A program made the translations under genes and the position numbers. The notes under the pieces were generated by a model. The model was not told the DNA's origin. It did no database searches and was given only the letters and a program-made list of their open reading frames with translations. From assembly GCA_032718475.1 (NCBI GenBank), contig JAUCBJ010000065.1, positions 1 through 64,000 of the forward strand: a stretch of DNA of 64,000 bases. Reading direction: 5' to 3'. Source of the stretch: Nemertoderma westbladi (lineage: Eukaryota > Animalia > Xenacoelomorpha). Shown piece after piece: positions 47,701 through 59,164 of this stretch (positions are counted from its first letter, which is position 1; each line of letters opens with the position of its first letter).

Positions 47701-50700
47701 TGATGTCGCATGTGAATGCTATCCGGTTTTCCCTGAACCTGAGCAACACGCCAACTGTATAAAGTTGGCTGTTCAGGGATTCGCCTTGGTACATAGCAGC
47801 AGCATCATTCACTACTCAGATTTTCCCGCCCTTCCGGGCTTCTACCACATAGTGGGTTGGGAGATAATATGTCCGTCTACCCCCTTGCAGTTCATTCCGG
47901 GGTACCATTTCCGCCAATCCATCTTCTTGATATCCTTTGATTACATTATTGTATTTCTCCTTTATCTCGGGTTGTTTCTTTCAACCGGCGTAGGATTCCT
48001 TTGAGCCGCCTAAGGGCTATGTTGGCATTATTCGCCATCGGTTTATCTGAGTCTTTCCACAACATGGGTGAACACCAATGTCCGTCTTTGAACGTGGCCT
48101 GATCAAGGACGTCAATACAATATTGATCTTCCTCAGACAGGTTCTCGTCCTTTTCAGCAAACTCTTGTGTCTCTAGGTTAAAATATTTGGTCATTTCCTG
48201 CTGGGTTTTTTCCGTCTCTAGGAATAAATCCTCGTCCAGGTCTGTTGCTGAACAATAACCCACGGATGTTGCATTCTCTTTAATCTGACATTTAGGGAGA
48301 TATGTATAGGTGTCTGTAGTCTCCTCCTTGAAGCCGCAGAGTGTCCATCCCATGATCGTGCGTTCGGAATAAAAGCCATCATCCGGCTTTACAGATCGGG
48401 CGACATCTCCGGTGGGTATGTGTAATTCCGGTGTGTCTAGTCCGATCAATAGGGTGATTCGGTTCACGTCCAACGGTGGACATCGTAGGTCAACATCTTC
48501 CTGGTCTAGCTGTATGAGGGGTGCATATTCAGCCGATTGTCGGAACCGCACTCGGAGATCGGTGTGTACCAAGGCATTCTTGATCGTCAGCTTGACCATC
48601 TCGTAACCCTTCATGACTCCTTCCATCTGGAGCTGCACCTCCCCGGACTCTACTTCTCTATGGTCAGTGATAGTTTGTATGGGCCGTTTGCAAGGTTCGT
48701 AGTCTAGGCCGAGTTGTTCGAGGAAATCCCGGTCGATGATGGTTCCGTCCGACCCATTGTCAAGGAATGCGAGCGTTGTCAAGGATTTCCCGACCCATTG
48801 AATTCTTACTGGAATTACTTTGGCGAAGACCATGTAACGGCGATTTATAAGGTTGATCGTAGCCGAGATATTTGTCACTTGTGATACATCGGTGGAGGTC
48901 TTAAACGGATTGGTTTCCCTCCGTTGAATCGTCCGGGTACCTTTAGAGACGTGGTTCGTTTCTCCTCTTCGTTTGGCTTCGATCCGAAAGGGGAGGGTGG
49001 TAAAGTCAACGTTCGCAGGGATGTGGAGGAGTGTGTGATGACGTAGGTCATTACAGACCGTGCAGCACGATCTTTGGTCGCAATCCCGAACATAGTGACC
49101 TGTTCCGAGACACCGGAAGCATCCTCGGTGTTTCATTATCGCCTCGAATCGTGGGACGAGTTCAGCAAACTGGAACTTTCTGCAGAATTCCACCTTATGT
49201 TTCTCTCCGCAGAAAAGACATAGAAGGGAGGTTGTGGTGCCTTCCCTTTCGGGTGCCCAATTCGCTAGATAACACGCCCATTCCTCGGCTGATGTCGGTT
49301 CCTCGTAGTCCTCGTCGTTGGAATCCTCGGCCATGGTGATGGCCATCGTACTCACCGGAGGGGGACGGAATCTCGGTTTCGGAGTGGGTGTCCTGCTCCT
49401 GGAGTTGTTCTCTATTCCGTCTAACTTGGAGAGACTTTGTTTGGAGAACATCGAGTCATTCATGGCTTCGGAGATATCATCTAGGAATGCCGACATTTCG
49501 AGGAAACTGGGATCTCGATCTGGGTGTCTGCGTCGGAGATCTACGCATTTATACGCCCACTTGCTTTGTAGCCATCCGGGAAACTTTCGGGCAATCTATC
49601 GGAGGTTTAGAATGTTGTTTACTTGTTCCTCCTTATTTAATGGTTTTAGAGTGTAGTAGGCATCTTTCATGGAATCCGAGAATTCCTGGATATTCTGTGG
49701 GTCCCCTAGGGATCCCGCGTCCTGTATCAGTTTCTCGAGAGTTTTATTAATTATAGTCCCGATATTTCCGTATCTTTTGTCTAGAGTTTTCCATGCGTCA
49801 TAGTATGCTTCATGAGATCCTTCCTCGAAACATTTAATGATTCGACGTGGTTTGTCACCCAGGTATTGGGATAAATATACCAGTTTTTGTGCGTCGGTTA
49901 TATCCGTTGACCCAATCTGAGCGAAGAACCGTTTCTTGAATCCGAGGTAATCGACGGGGTCTCCTTCGAAGGTGCGGATCTCTATCTTGGGCATGGCCAG
50001 GCGGTTTTCCAATGCCCGGATAATGCCGACGTCATCTGAACTGGAATGACTAGGAGGGTTATAGTTATTAGCACTCTCTCCCATGCATGATGGATCGATG
50101 AGAGGTGGAGTTTTAATGATGACGCGGTTACGGATTTGTGGTGTGGATGTAAACGGGTTGTTGGATCGAGGGGTGGCGCCCCGTTCCGAGTCCTTTTCAG
50201 GCTCGTACTTGGGAACGCTCGGTACCGTGGGGTTGGATGGGAAATAAGGTTCCTCATTCTTAAGCGTAACCGGTGGGGGATGGAATACCGGAGCTTGTGC
50301 CAATAACGTAGACTGTATGGTTGGCGGGAACTCGGGTTTCGGAGGTTTCGCAGCCGGTGGCGTAAATGACTTCTCTAATTCCGGGACCGGGATTGGTTCA
50401 TAGTTCTGTTCTATACCCCTTTCCCAGGCCTCATATAGTTGAAGATCCCGTTCTATGAGTGCGGCTTCGTATTCCGCAAGTTTCGCAATATCCGCATTCT
50501 TTTTGTGGATGAGAATCGCTTGGGCCTCGGCATGTCGTTTACGCATTTCTGCCTCTAGTTTACGTTGTTCGGTCTCTTGTTCGGCCTCTCGTTCACGTTG
50601 TTTGGCCTGTTGTTCGGCCTCTTGTTTACGTTGTTCGGCCTGTTGTTCGGCCTCTCGTTTACGTTGTTCGGCCTGTTGTTCGGCCTCTTGTTCACGTTGT

Positions 50701-51398
50701 TCGGCCTGTTGTTCGGCCTCTCGTTTACATTGTTCGGCCTGTTGTTTGGCCTCTCGTTTTTGCATTTCGGCTGCTAATACATCCTGTTCGATCTGCAGTT
50801 GAACATATTCGTCTTCCATTCGAGCTTTAAGGGCCAATCCCCTCTGTTCTCATAGCTGATCTCGGAGTGGCTGACCCCCTTGAGAACTGCGCGCTGAACC
50901 GGATATCTCGCTCCTAGCGCTGGAGTGCTGGTGCCTTGAGGACCCCGTTCTCTTTCGATGAATTGCTGTCCTGGTGCTGGAGGTCCGCACCGATTCTGCG
51001 TCTGTTCTTTCAGTTCTCTTATAGTACTGTTCCTCGTAGCCTCTTACAAGGCTGAGGGTCCTCCGATGTTGCTTCCGGAACTCGTCCAAATGTGCGACGT
51101 GTTCTTCGAGTTTGGGGTAGTTTACCTGATCCGTTGCAGGAATAAGTTCTTGATATGATTGTATCATCCTCTCATATCGTTGTAAGATACTTCGGATATT
51201 CTGTAACTGAGTCTGTATCTCGTTGAGGGGGGTTTCGACTCCCCTTAATTGTTTCTCTATACGTTGGTATGCTCGAGTCACTCCGCCTTTGAGAGCTCCC
51301 AGTCAACGACCCATGTTCTTCACATTCGGCACCTCATCGGCTTCCGAGTCTGTGTGGGGGTCCATCTCATCGGTGTCAGAGACGTTATTCGTCGTCAT
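44755..51398 (-). pseudogene. BEL/Pao gag-pol polyprotein with several stops and frameshifts
   Basis: DUF1759-type gag (MPKIEIRTFEGDPVDY); three Cys/His knuckles (CLFCGEKHKVEFC, CFRCLGTGHYVRDC, CTVCNDLRHHTLLH); protease AFLDNGSDGT; [11 protein letters not shown] and FYVDD; RNase H LHTFSDAS and TIPRLELQAA; integrase HEENHH..CFPC, GVDCFGP, SDNGTNF, WEKL; C-terminal NNRPI..PLTPNHLL. Confidence 0.95.
50555..50760 (-). repeat. 33-bp coding repeat in gag (EAEQQAEQRKR x~6)
   Basis: Visible in the DNA and in ORF 49596..50837. Confidence 0.9.
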
Positions 51399-51586
51399 TC
51401 TAGCGCCTCGTTGATAGCTAGATATGCGATGTCGTAAAATAATTCTTCGTAGGTCTCGTATTCAGCTTGGACTACCCGAACGGTAATCCTGAATCGTCTG
51501 ACGTTCGTTCCTTGTACTTCAACTTCGATGTGCCAGATTCCTGGCTCAACTTGGATTATATCAATGGGTGTGATCGATACTTCCAT
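51395..51586 (-). CDS. 63-aa ORF upstream of gag whose stop overlaps the gag start (ATGA)
   Basis: Starts at ATG. Its TGA (51397-51395) overlaps an ATG (51398-51396) that is in frame with gag ORF 50850..51281. Confidence 0.5.
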   Translation of the reverse strand: MEVSITPIDIIQVEPGIWHIEVEVQGTNVRRFRITVRVVQAEYETYEELFYDIAYLAINEALE

Positions 51587-52090
51587 TCCCTGTTAACGAC
51601 TCTCTATATGTGATCTGCCGACTACGAGTTTATTAGTTCGAGTTTGTCGATTGATTAAACCACGGCTTTGTCTTAAATCAAATACCAGAGTTTCCTCGTA
51701 GTGGGTGCTGGTAAGCACAGAGAGAGTTTGAAGAGTTTTGTAGGATTCCCAACTTCCACCAGTTGAAGTTGGCCGCGTCTTAATCTCAATTTTGTTGCCG
51801 TTATTCCCAACACCATGGGGGAAAACGCCGATGCTGGAGGCGGAACTGTTCATACCACAGAATCCCGGCCAGTCACCGGATATTGGTAGTGGAGAGGGAA
51901 TACGTTCTTAAATGCAAGATTGCGATTGAGGAAAAGTTTCATTGGTTGGATATACTCTTTAATGTAACTTCCCTACAGTTGAACCTTGATTGAGAATAAG
52001 TTGGGCTTCCCCAAACCAATATACACCAAATATTCACAATAATATAACACGACAATATAAATCCCTACAGTACATTATTTAATTACCCAC

Positions 52091-53186
52091 TGTTCGCTCA
52101 GATTTTAACCTAACTAATGTTCCCCAATTTTCCCTCGGTCCTAGTCTCGGTACCGTAGTGTCAGTGTCGGTCGACCCGGTTGCGTGTCCGTCCCACCCTT
52201 CCCGAACCCCGAAGGGATCGGTCATCAGGAAAGCGGTACAGCTTGGCTAGGGGTCTGTCGTGTCGGTGGACCCGTTCGCGTGTCCGTCCCACCCTTCCCG
52301 AACCCCGAAGGGATCGGTCATCAGGAAAGCGGTACGGCTTGGCTAGGGGTCCGTCGGTTCATCGCAGGGACCCAACCACCTAGGCTTTCCGAGTCCTTAT
52401 TCAGGCTCGTAGTCGCTTCGGCAGCCGAGAAGCTGCTCCGAACAGTCGGTAGGCCAGTAGAGTCCAGTCCTTTGTCTTTCGACCCCGTTGCGTGTCCGTC
52501 CCACCCTTACCGAACCCCGAAGGGATCGGTCATCAGGAAAGCGGTACGGCTTGGCAAGGGGTCTGTCAGCCCATCGTGAGCCCCAACGGTTGGTGGTTTT
52601 CCGAGTCCTTATTCAGGCTGGTACTAACGCCGGTCGTGGAACCCACTCCAGGAAGGCAGTCCTCGTCAAACCCTTCCTCCGTTAGTCGGTCGACCCGTTC
52701 GCGTGTCCGTCCCACCCTTACCAAACCCCGAAGGGATCGGTCATCAGAAAAGCAGTACGGCTTGGCTAGGGGTCTGTCGTCGATTCCCGTCGCAAATCCC
52801 TGACACAAGCAGCAGACTTTCCGAGTCCTTATTCAGGCTCGTAATAACTGCTGTTGGCCAGGGACCGCTAAGGGCAGTCCTTGTCCTTTAGACCTAGCGA
52901 GTTACCAAATCCACCTCTACAGGCAGCAGGAAGTTGGCTAGGCCTAATAGTACTCAGGGAAACCTGAATACTGCTTAACTTTGCCTCCCACCCCTGGCCC
53001 TTAAATACATGAAATGAGTCCCGTACCCCATAAGTCGCCCCGATATTCGCCCATAAATCGCCCCCAGTCCATTGAATGTGCCCAAAACCCATGTTCCCGC
53101 ACCCAGTAGTGATATCGGAATATTCATTTAAAATAAATCCAGAAAATATTCAACTCGCGTTAGGAAAAGTTGAAATACCGCGAACA
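52091..53186 (-). repeat. Probable 5' LTR of the BEL/Pao element (inner boundary uncertain, may extend to ~51790)
   Basis: TGTTCGC...GCGAACA inverted termini at 52091 and 53186. Four copies of CGTGTCCGTCCCACCCTT..GAAGGGATCGGTCATCAG (52183, 52279, 52491, 52702). No clean PBS seen. Confidence 0.6.
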
Positions 53187-54151
53187 GTACAGGCTCCAAC
53201 CTAGCCAGTACTAGTCCTACTAACTCTGTATTACAGGGTCCAACCTAGCCTGTACTGGTCCTACTAACTCTGTATTACAGGTTCCAACCTAGCCCGTACT
53301 AGTCCTACTAACTCTGTAGTACAGGCTCCAACCTAGCCAGTACTAGTCCTACTAACTCTGTATTACAGGGTCCAACCTAGCCTGTACTGGTCCTACTAAC
53401 TCTGTATTACAGGGTCCAACCTAGCCCGTACTATTCCTACTAACTCTGTATTACAGGGTCCAACCTAGCCCTTACTAGTCCCACTAAATCTGTAGTACAG
53501 GCTCCACCCTAGCCCGTACTAGTCCTACTAACTCTGTAGTACAGGCTCCAACCTAGCCTGCACTAGTCCTACTAACTCTGTAGTACAGGCTCCAACCTAG
53601 AGCCTGTACTAGTCCTACTAACTCTGTAGTACAGGCTCCACCCTAGCCTGTACTAGTCCTACTAACTCTGTAGTACAGGCTTCACCCTAGCCCGTACTAG
53701 TCCTACTAACTCTGGAGTACAGGCTCCAACCTAAACCTGTACTAGTCCTACTAACTCTGTAGTACAGGCTCCAACCTAGCCTGTACTAGTCCTACTAACT
53801 CTGTAGTACAGGCTCCACCCTAGCCTGTACTAGTCCTACTAACTCTGTAGTACAGGCTCCAACCTAGCCTGTACTGGTCCTACTAACTCTGTAGTACAGG
53901 CTCCAACCTAGCCTGTACTGGTCCTACTAACTCTGTAGTACAGGCTCCAACCTAGCCTGTACTGGTCCTACTAACTCTGTAGTACAGGCTCCAACCTAGC
54001 CAGTACTAGTCCTACTAACTCTGTAGTACAGGCTCCAACCTAGCCCGTACTAGTCCTACTAACTCTGTAGTACAGGCTCCAACCTAGCCAGTACTAGTCC
54101 TACTAACTCTGTAGTACAGGCTCCAACCTAGCCCGTACTAGTCCTACTAAC
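53187..54151. repeat. 44-bp satellite, segment 3 (~22 units)
   Basis: Same unit as segment 1. Confidence 0.98.
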
Positions 54152-54333
54152 AGTACAATGACCACTCAATACTGTACTGCTTGACATACTGACACATGTA
54201 CACACAGTACTGATTATACTGAGCCTTTGTAGTTTGCCGATAATTGGAAGCGATCCGCCCCTTGTGAGTGCTGCGGTTTAAAAGAACAGTCGCGGACAAG
54301 GATAGTATATAGTAGAGACGACTGAATCTTTCG

Positions 54334-57300
54334 ATGGTGGTCTGTTGCGGTTGCAACCCTAAAGCGGGCCGATGTTTGAAGTGCGTGTGCGCCTGTACGG
54401 GCAGAAAATGCACAGACTGCGCGCCTTCTAAGTGGGGAAACTGTACGAACTCTGGTGGACAAGTAGCGCGGTCCTCCAGTGCGGTCTCTCAACTTTCCTG
54501 CTCACAACCCCAGCCAACTAGAGATGCCTTGCAGATGCCTGCGCTAGGGACCCTTTCTCAGCCAACGGATAGCGCATTCGGTATATCCGGCAACGACACT
54601 CTGTTAGACTTAGACGATACAATAAATGGGGACAAAGTAAGCCAATCCCATCCTCTAATATCGGTTCCTAGCCAGTCGGATCCCCCATTGTCGGTTGATG
54701 CTCTGTCGGGTCCCCCAGTGTCGGTTGGTGCTCAGTCGGGTCCCCCAGTGTCGGTTAGTGCTCAGTCGGGTCCCCCAGTGTCGGTTGGTGCCCCGTCGGG
54801 TCCCTCAGTGTCGGTTGGTGCTCAGTCGGGTCCCCCAGTGTCGGATGGTGCTCAGTTAGGTCCCACAGTGCCGGCTGGCGCCCAGTCGGGTCTCCCAGTG
54901 TCGGTTAGTGCTCAGTCGGGTACCCCAGTGTCGGTTGGTGCCCCGTCGGGTCCCCCAGTGTCGGTTGGTGCTCAGTCGGGTCCCCCAGTGTCGGATGGTG
55001 CTCAGTTATGTCCCACAGTGTCGGCTGGTGCTCAGTCGGGTCTCCCAGTGTCGGTTAGTGCTCAGTCGGGTCCCCCAGTGTCGGTTGGCGCTAAGTCGGG
55101 TCCCCCAGCGTCGGTTAGTGCTCAGTCGGATTCCCCAGTGTCGTTTGGTGCACAGTCGGGTCCCCCAGTGTCGGTTGGTGCTCAATTGGGTCCCCCCGTG
55201 TCGGTTGGTGCTCAGTCAGGTCCCCCCGTGTCGGTTGGTGCTCAGTCGGGTCCCCCAGTGTTGGTTGGTGCTCAGTCGGGTCCCACAGTGTCGGTAGGTG
55301 CTGCGTCGGTTCCCCTGGTGTCAATCGGTGCTCATTCGGGTCAACCTGTGTCGGTTGGTGCTCAGACGCGTCCCCCTGTGTCGGTTGGTGCTCAATCGGG
55401 TCCCCCCGTGTCGGTTGGTGCTCAGTCAGGTTCCCCAGTGTCGGTTGGTGTCCAGTCGGGTCAACCTCTGTCGGTTGCTGCTCAGTCGGGTCCACCTGTG
55501 TCGGTTGGCGCCCATTCTGGTCCCGATGTGCCTGTTGGTGCTCAGTCCAGTCCCCCAGTGCCGGTTAGTGCTCAGTCGGGTCCCCCAGTGTCAGTTGGTG
55601 CTCATTCGGGTCCTCCAGTATCGGTTGGTGGTCAGTCGAGTCCCGGAGTGTCGGTTGGTGCTCAGTCCGGTCCCCCAGTGTCGGTTGGTGCTCAGTCGGG
55701 TGGTACTCAGTCGGGTCAACCTGTGTCGGTTGGTGCTCTGTCTGGTCAACCTGTGCCGGTTGGTGCTCAGTCGGGTCCCCCAGTGTCGGTTGGTGCTCAG
55801 TTGGGTCCCATCATGCCGGTTGGTGCTCAGTCGGGTCAACGTGTGTCGGTTGGTGCTCAGTCGGGTCAACCTGTGCCGGTTGGTGCTCAGTCGGGTCCCC
55901 CAGTGTCGGTTGGTGCTCAGTCGGGTCCCCCAGTGTCGGTTGGTGCTCAGTCGGGTAAACCTGCGGCGGTTGGCGAGCAGTCCGGTCACCCAGTGTCGGT
56001 TGGTGCTCGGTCGGGTCACCCTGTGTCTGTTGGTGCTCAGTCGGGTCCCCCAGTATCGGCTGATGCTCAGTCTGGTCGACCTTCGGCGGTTGGTGCTCAG
56101 TCCGGTCCCCCAGTGTCGCCAAACACTACAGTGCCTCCTACCGCCAGGGGGCACGGGTCTAATGCTGTTGCCTGGTTTGGGACCAGCTTACATTTAGACG
56201 TGTTCGCCGAATCAGTCCATAAGGTGCACGACGCGATCGTACATTGGCGCCCCAACCTATTCCTCCTACCCCCCGGTGCGATCGGACGCGAAGTGGTTCA
56301 GGAGATGACTCGGCTGCTAAATATGTTTAATGCAGGGTCACTATCTGGCGAGGCGGCGCTCACAGCGCAATTTATCTTACCCGCTCTGCTGCTACAGAAG
56401 CCCAGCCGCACTTCAACCACCGCGACCCACCGGAGAATTCTAGAACGCCGTATTTCTTCGTGGAAGTCAGGCGAGATTATCGAGCTGTTTAACGAGGCCA
56501 GGGCCATACAATCCCACCTCCCAAAGGTTTCGGCCCGGGCCAAACAACTCAGGAATACCGCGGCGGAGAGGGCTTTCTGTAAGCATATGTTAACGGGAAA
56601 CGTTTCTGCGGCAGTGCGTACGCTGGATGAGATGGCCAAGGGTCAAGTGTTGAACCTGGATGAGGTAATCACCGACAAACATGGGGTTCGCAAGTCGGTT
56701 CGCGAGTTCCTCCTGGACAAACACCCCCCTCCAGCTCCAGCCCACGAGTCCACCCTTATCGGTGAGTCTGATGACGCTCCCGAATATCACAGCGTCATAT
56801 TCGAGAGGATAGACGCTCAGTTGATCCAATCGATGTTTCTGCGCTTCCGGGGAACAGCAGGAGGGCCATCTGGTCTCGATGTCCAGGGCTGGAAGCACCT
56901 CGCGACACGGTTCCGCAACCCTTCTGTCGACCTGTGCACCAGCATCGCAAATACGGCGAAGAGGATGGCCCAATCTTCGAATGACCCGCGCGAGCTGGCA
57001 TCCTTGCTAGCCGCCCGTCTCGTCGCTATCGATAAGTGTCCCGGGGTCCGCCCAATAGGAGTCGGAGAGGTCTTGCGGAGGGTCATCGGGAAGGCTATCA
57101 TTAGCTGTATCTCGGAGGATCTCCAGAGCGTGGGCGGTACCACCCAGATGTGCTGTGGCCAGAAGGCAGGTATCGAGCACGCCATCCACAGCCTGAATGA
57201 CGCGTTTGCGAGCGACGACTGCGAGGCGGTGCTGCAGGTGGACACGAACAACGCGTTCAACTCGTTGAACCGCGCCGCAGCACTGCACAATATCCGCCAT

Positions 57301-59013
57301 GTCTGTCCCTCTCTCCACACCGTTGTATCGAACTGTTACTCCCTCCCAACGAAGCTTTACATAGGCGGGGAGTTCATATTATCGGCCGAAGGATCAACCC
57401 AGGGCGACCCCATTGCTATGCAGATGTACGCGATGGGATCGATGCCGCTGATCGGCGAGCTGGACGACGCGTCGGAGGTCCTTCAGAAGTGGTATGCCGA
57501 TGACGCGAACGCGGCGGGAACATTGGTAGAGCTCCGTAAGTTCTGGGACCTGTTGGCGGAACGAGGGCCGCTGTACGGTTACAACCCCACAAAGTGTCAC
57601 TTGCTCGTAAAGCCGGATCTGCTGGAGGAAGCTAAGCGGATGTTCCCCGAGGAATGTTTTACCATCGGGACTGCTGGGAACAATCTCCTCGGTGGAGTGA
57701 TCGGGAACGCTGAGTACCGGGAGGAGTTCGTCCGGAAGAAGGTCGACGAGTTTGTCGCCCAGTTACATCAACTCAGCAAGGTCGCAGCAATCGACCCGCA
57801 CTGTGCCTACGCCGGCCTAGCCATCGGATTAGTTGCTCGATGGAGGTTCATCGCAAGGGTTGTCCCGGGGGCCATGGATTTCTTCGAGAAGCTCGAGGAG
57901 TCCGTCGTCCAGTTCCTCCAGGGCCTGACCAACCGCCCCGTCATCACTCCCGAGGAGCGCGGGCTGCTCTCGCTACCAGTTCGCCACGGCGGGCTAGCGA
58001 TCCCGACTCCCGAGGACTTACGAATCGAAAACGGCAACTCCAGGTGGATCTGCGAACCGTTTACGGAGGTCGTGGAACCGGTCGCTATAAGGGAGGCGCA
58101 AAAGTTCATCGCCACCCGGATCAAGGCGAGGGCCGTGCCGGCACTGAAGGAGAAGGTGGAGTCGGTTAGTTCGGACCTACCCGAGAATCAACGGAGGTTG
58201 ACGGAGCTCATGGCGGAACCTGGCGCCTCGGCCTGGCTTAACGCGCGCCCCATAACCCTCCACGATACCCACCTAACTAAAGAGGAGTTCCACGACGCAT
58301 TGTGTCTGCGTTATGGGTGGCAGCCCGAGTCGCTCCCAGCCCGTTGTGCCTGTGGGACAAGATTTTCAACAAACCACATCTTGTCTTGTCCCACCGGCGG
58401 TTACCCGTCAATTAGGCACAACAAGCTCCGGGATTTCGTCGCCACAACGTTAACCGAGGTCGCTCATAACGTTGCCATCGAGCCGCACCTGCAGCCAATC
58501 ACCGGCGAGCAGTTCTCCCGCACGTCCACTTCCGTGGACCAACAAGCTCGGTTGGACGTGTCGGTCTCCGGGTTCTGGGGGAATCGATATCAAAAGACGT
58601 ACATAGATGTATCCGTCTTCAACCCCCTCGCCCCGACCAACGCCGCAATGGACGTCGACGCAGCCCACCTATTCCACGAAACCCGGAAACGCAACAAATA
58701 TCTGGAACGGATCCGGGAAGTCGAGCACGCCACGTTCACCCCGCTGATATTCTCAGCGTTGGGGGGAATATCTCCCTCCACGACGCTGTTCGTGAAGCAC
58801 CTCGCTTCAAAGCTGGCGGTGGCGGACCGGCGCGAGCTGCGCTACTCGGAGTGCGTGAGCTGGGTGCGGAGGCAGTTCAGCTTCGCGCTGCTGCGGGCCT
58901 CCCTGATGTGCATAAGAGGGTCGAGATCGGCACGGAAACGCCCAGTATTTGTTGGGGCAGAAGCATCGCCGTCCATCTTGCTGGCCAACGCCGACACAAG
59001 GGTGGGACAGTAG
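54334..59013 (+). CDS. CRE-like polyprotein (1559 aa): Cys-rich CXC-like N-terminus, SVGAQSGPPV repeats, RT, CCHC knuckle, restriction-like endonuclease
   Basis: CCGCNPKAGRCLKCVCACTGRKCTDC; GGPSGLD, GVRPIGVGEVLRR, QVDTNNAFN, GSTQGDP, WYADD; CACG..HILSC; RHN..RLDVS..YIDVSV..ETRKRNKY..FTPLIFSALGG. No stops. Confidence 0.95.
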   Translation: MVVCCGCNPKAGRCLKCVCACTGRKCTDCAPSKWGNCTNSGGQVARSSSAVSQLSCSQPQPTRDALQMPALGTLSQPTDSAFGISGNDTLLDLDDTINGDKVSQSHPLISVPSQSDPPLSVDALSGPPVSVGAQSGPPVSVSAQSGPPVSVGAPSGPSVSVGAQSGPPVSDGAQLGPTVPAGAQSGLPVSVSAQSGTPVSVGAPSGPPVSVGAQSGPPVSDGAQLCPTVSAGAQSGLPVSVSAQSGPPVSVGAKSGPPASVSAQSDSPVSFGAQSGPPVSVGAQLGPPVSVGAQSGPPVSVGAQSGPPVLVGAQSGPTVSVGAASVPLVSIGAHSGQPVSVGAQTRPPVSVGAQSGPPVSVGAQSGSPVSVGVQSGQPLSVAAQSGPPVSVGAHSGPDVPVGAQSSPPVPVSAQSGPPVSVGAHSGPPVSVGGQSSPGVSVGAQSGPPVSVGAQSGGTQSGQPVSVGALSGQPVPVGAQSGPPVSVGAQLGPIMPVGAQSGQRVSVGAQSGQPVPVGAQSGPPVSVGAQSGPPVSVGAQSGKPAAVGEQSGHPVSVGARSGHPVSVGAQSGPPVSADAQSGRPSAVGAQSGPPVSPNTTVPPTARGHGSNAVAWFGTSLHLDVFAESVHKVHDAIVHWRPNLFLLPPGAIGREVVQEMTRLLNMFNAGSLSGEAALTAQFILPALLLQKPSRTSTTATHRRILERRISSWKSGEIIELFNEARAIQSHLPKVSARAKQLRNTAAERAFCKHMLTGNVSAAVRTLDEMAKGQVLNLDEVITDKHGVRKSVREFLLDKHPPPAPAHESTLIGESDDAPEYHSVIFERIDAQLIQSMFLRFRGTAGGPSGLDVQGWKHLATRFRNPSVDLCTSIANTAKRMAQSSNDPRELASLLAARLVAIDKCPGVRPIGVGEVLRRVIGKAIISCISEDLQSVGGTTQMCCGQKAGIEHAIHSLNDAFASDDCEAVLQVDTNNAFNSLNRAAALHNIRHVCPSLHTVVSNCYSLPTKLYIGGEFILSAEGSTQGDPIAMQMYAMGSMPLIGELDDASEVLQKWYADDANAAGTLVELRKFWDLLAERGPLYGYNPTKCHLLVKPDLLEEAKRMFPEECFTIGTAGNNLLGGVIGNAEYREEFVRKKVDEFVAQLHQLSKVAAIDPHCAYAGLAIGLVARWRFIARVVPGAMDFFEKLEESVVQFLQGLTNRPVITPEERGLLSLPVRHGGLAIPTPEDLRIENGNSRWICEPFTEVVEPVAIREAQKFIATRIKARAVPALKEKVESVSSDLPENQRRLTELMAEPGASAWLNARPITLHDTHLTKEEFHDALCLRYGWQPESLPARCACGTRFSTNHILSCPTGGYPSIRHNKLRDFVATTLTEVAHNVAIEPHLQPITGEQFSRTSTSVDQQARLDVSVSGFWGNRYQKTYIDVSVFNPLAPTNAAMDVDAAHLFHETRKRNKYLERIREVEHATFTPLIFSALGGISPSTTLFVKHLASKLAVADRRELRYSECVSWVRRQFSFALLRASLMCIRGSRSARKRPVFVGAEASPSILLANADTRVGQ
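54661..56118 (+). repeat. 30-bp coding minisatellite TCGGTTGGTGCTCAGTCGGGTCCCCCAGTG (~48 units)
   Basis: Directly visible and in frame within ORF 54334..59013. Confidence 0.97.
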
Positions 59014-59164
59014 AGTCAGGAACTCATACCGGTATCATAAACAATTTCAAAATCAGTTTAATTATTTTATATTATTTAATTCCCTTGTATGGTTTAAATT
59101 TCCCGCCTTTTGCTCATTTGGTAATATAAACAACAAGAGGGTACTGTTAAAAAAAAAAAAAAAA

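Larger units (their letters stand above)
42444..53186 (-). mobile_element. BEL/Pao LTR retrotransposon, decayed and lacking its 3' LTR
   Basis: Begins TGTTCGCG at 53186 on the minus strand, next to satellite. Domain order is gag-PR-RT-RH-IN. No second copy of the LTR start occurs before the left junction. Confidence 0.93.
54152..59164 (+). mobile_element. Full-length, apparently intact CRE-like non-LTR retrotransposon, family B
   Basis: ~180-nt 5' UTR, single ORF, ~135-nt 3' UTR and poly(A) at 59149-59164. TSD (C)CTACTAAC at 54143/4-54151 and 59165-59172/59175-59183. Confidence 0.93.

Noticed and set aside
54908-58781. Many alternative-frame and antisense ORFs over the CRE element (likewise over the BEL and RTE elements)
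   Set aside because: Shadows of GC-rich or repetitive coding sequence with no independent motifs.
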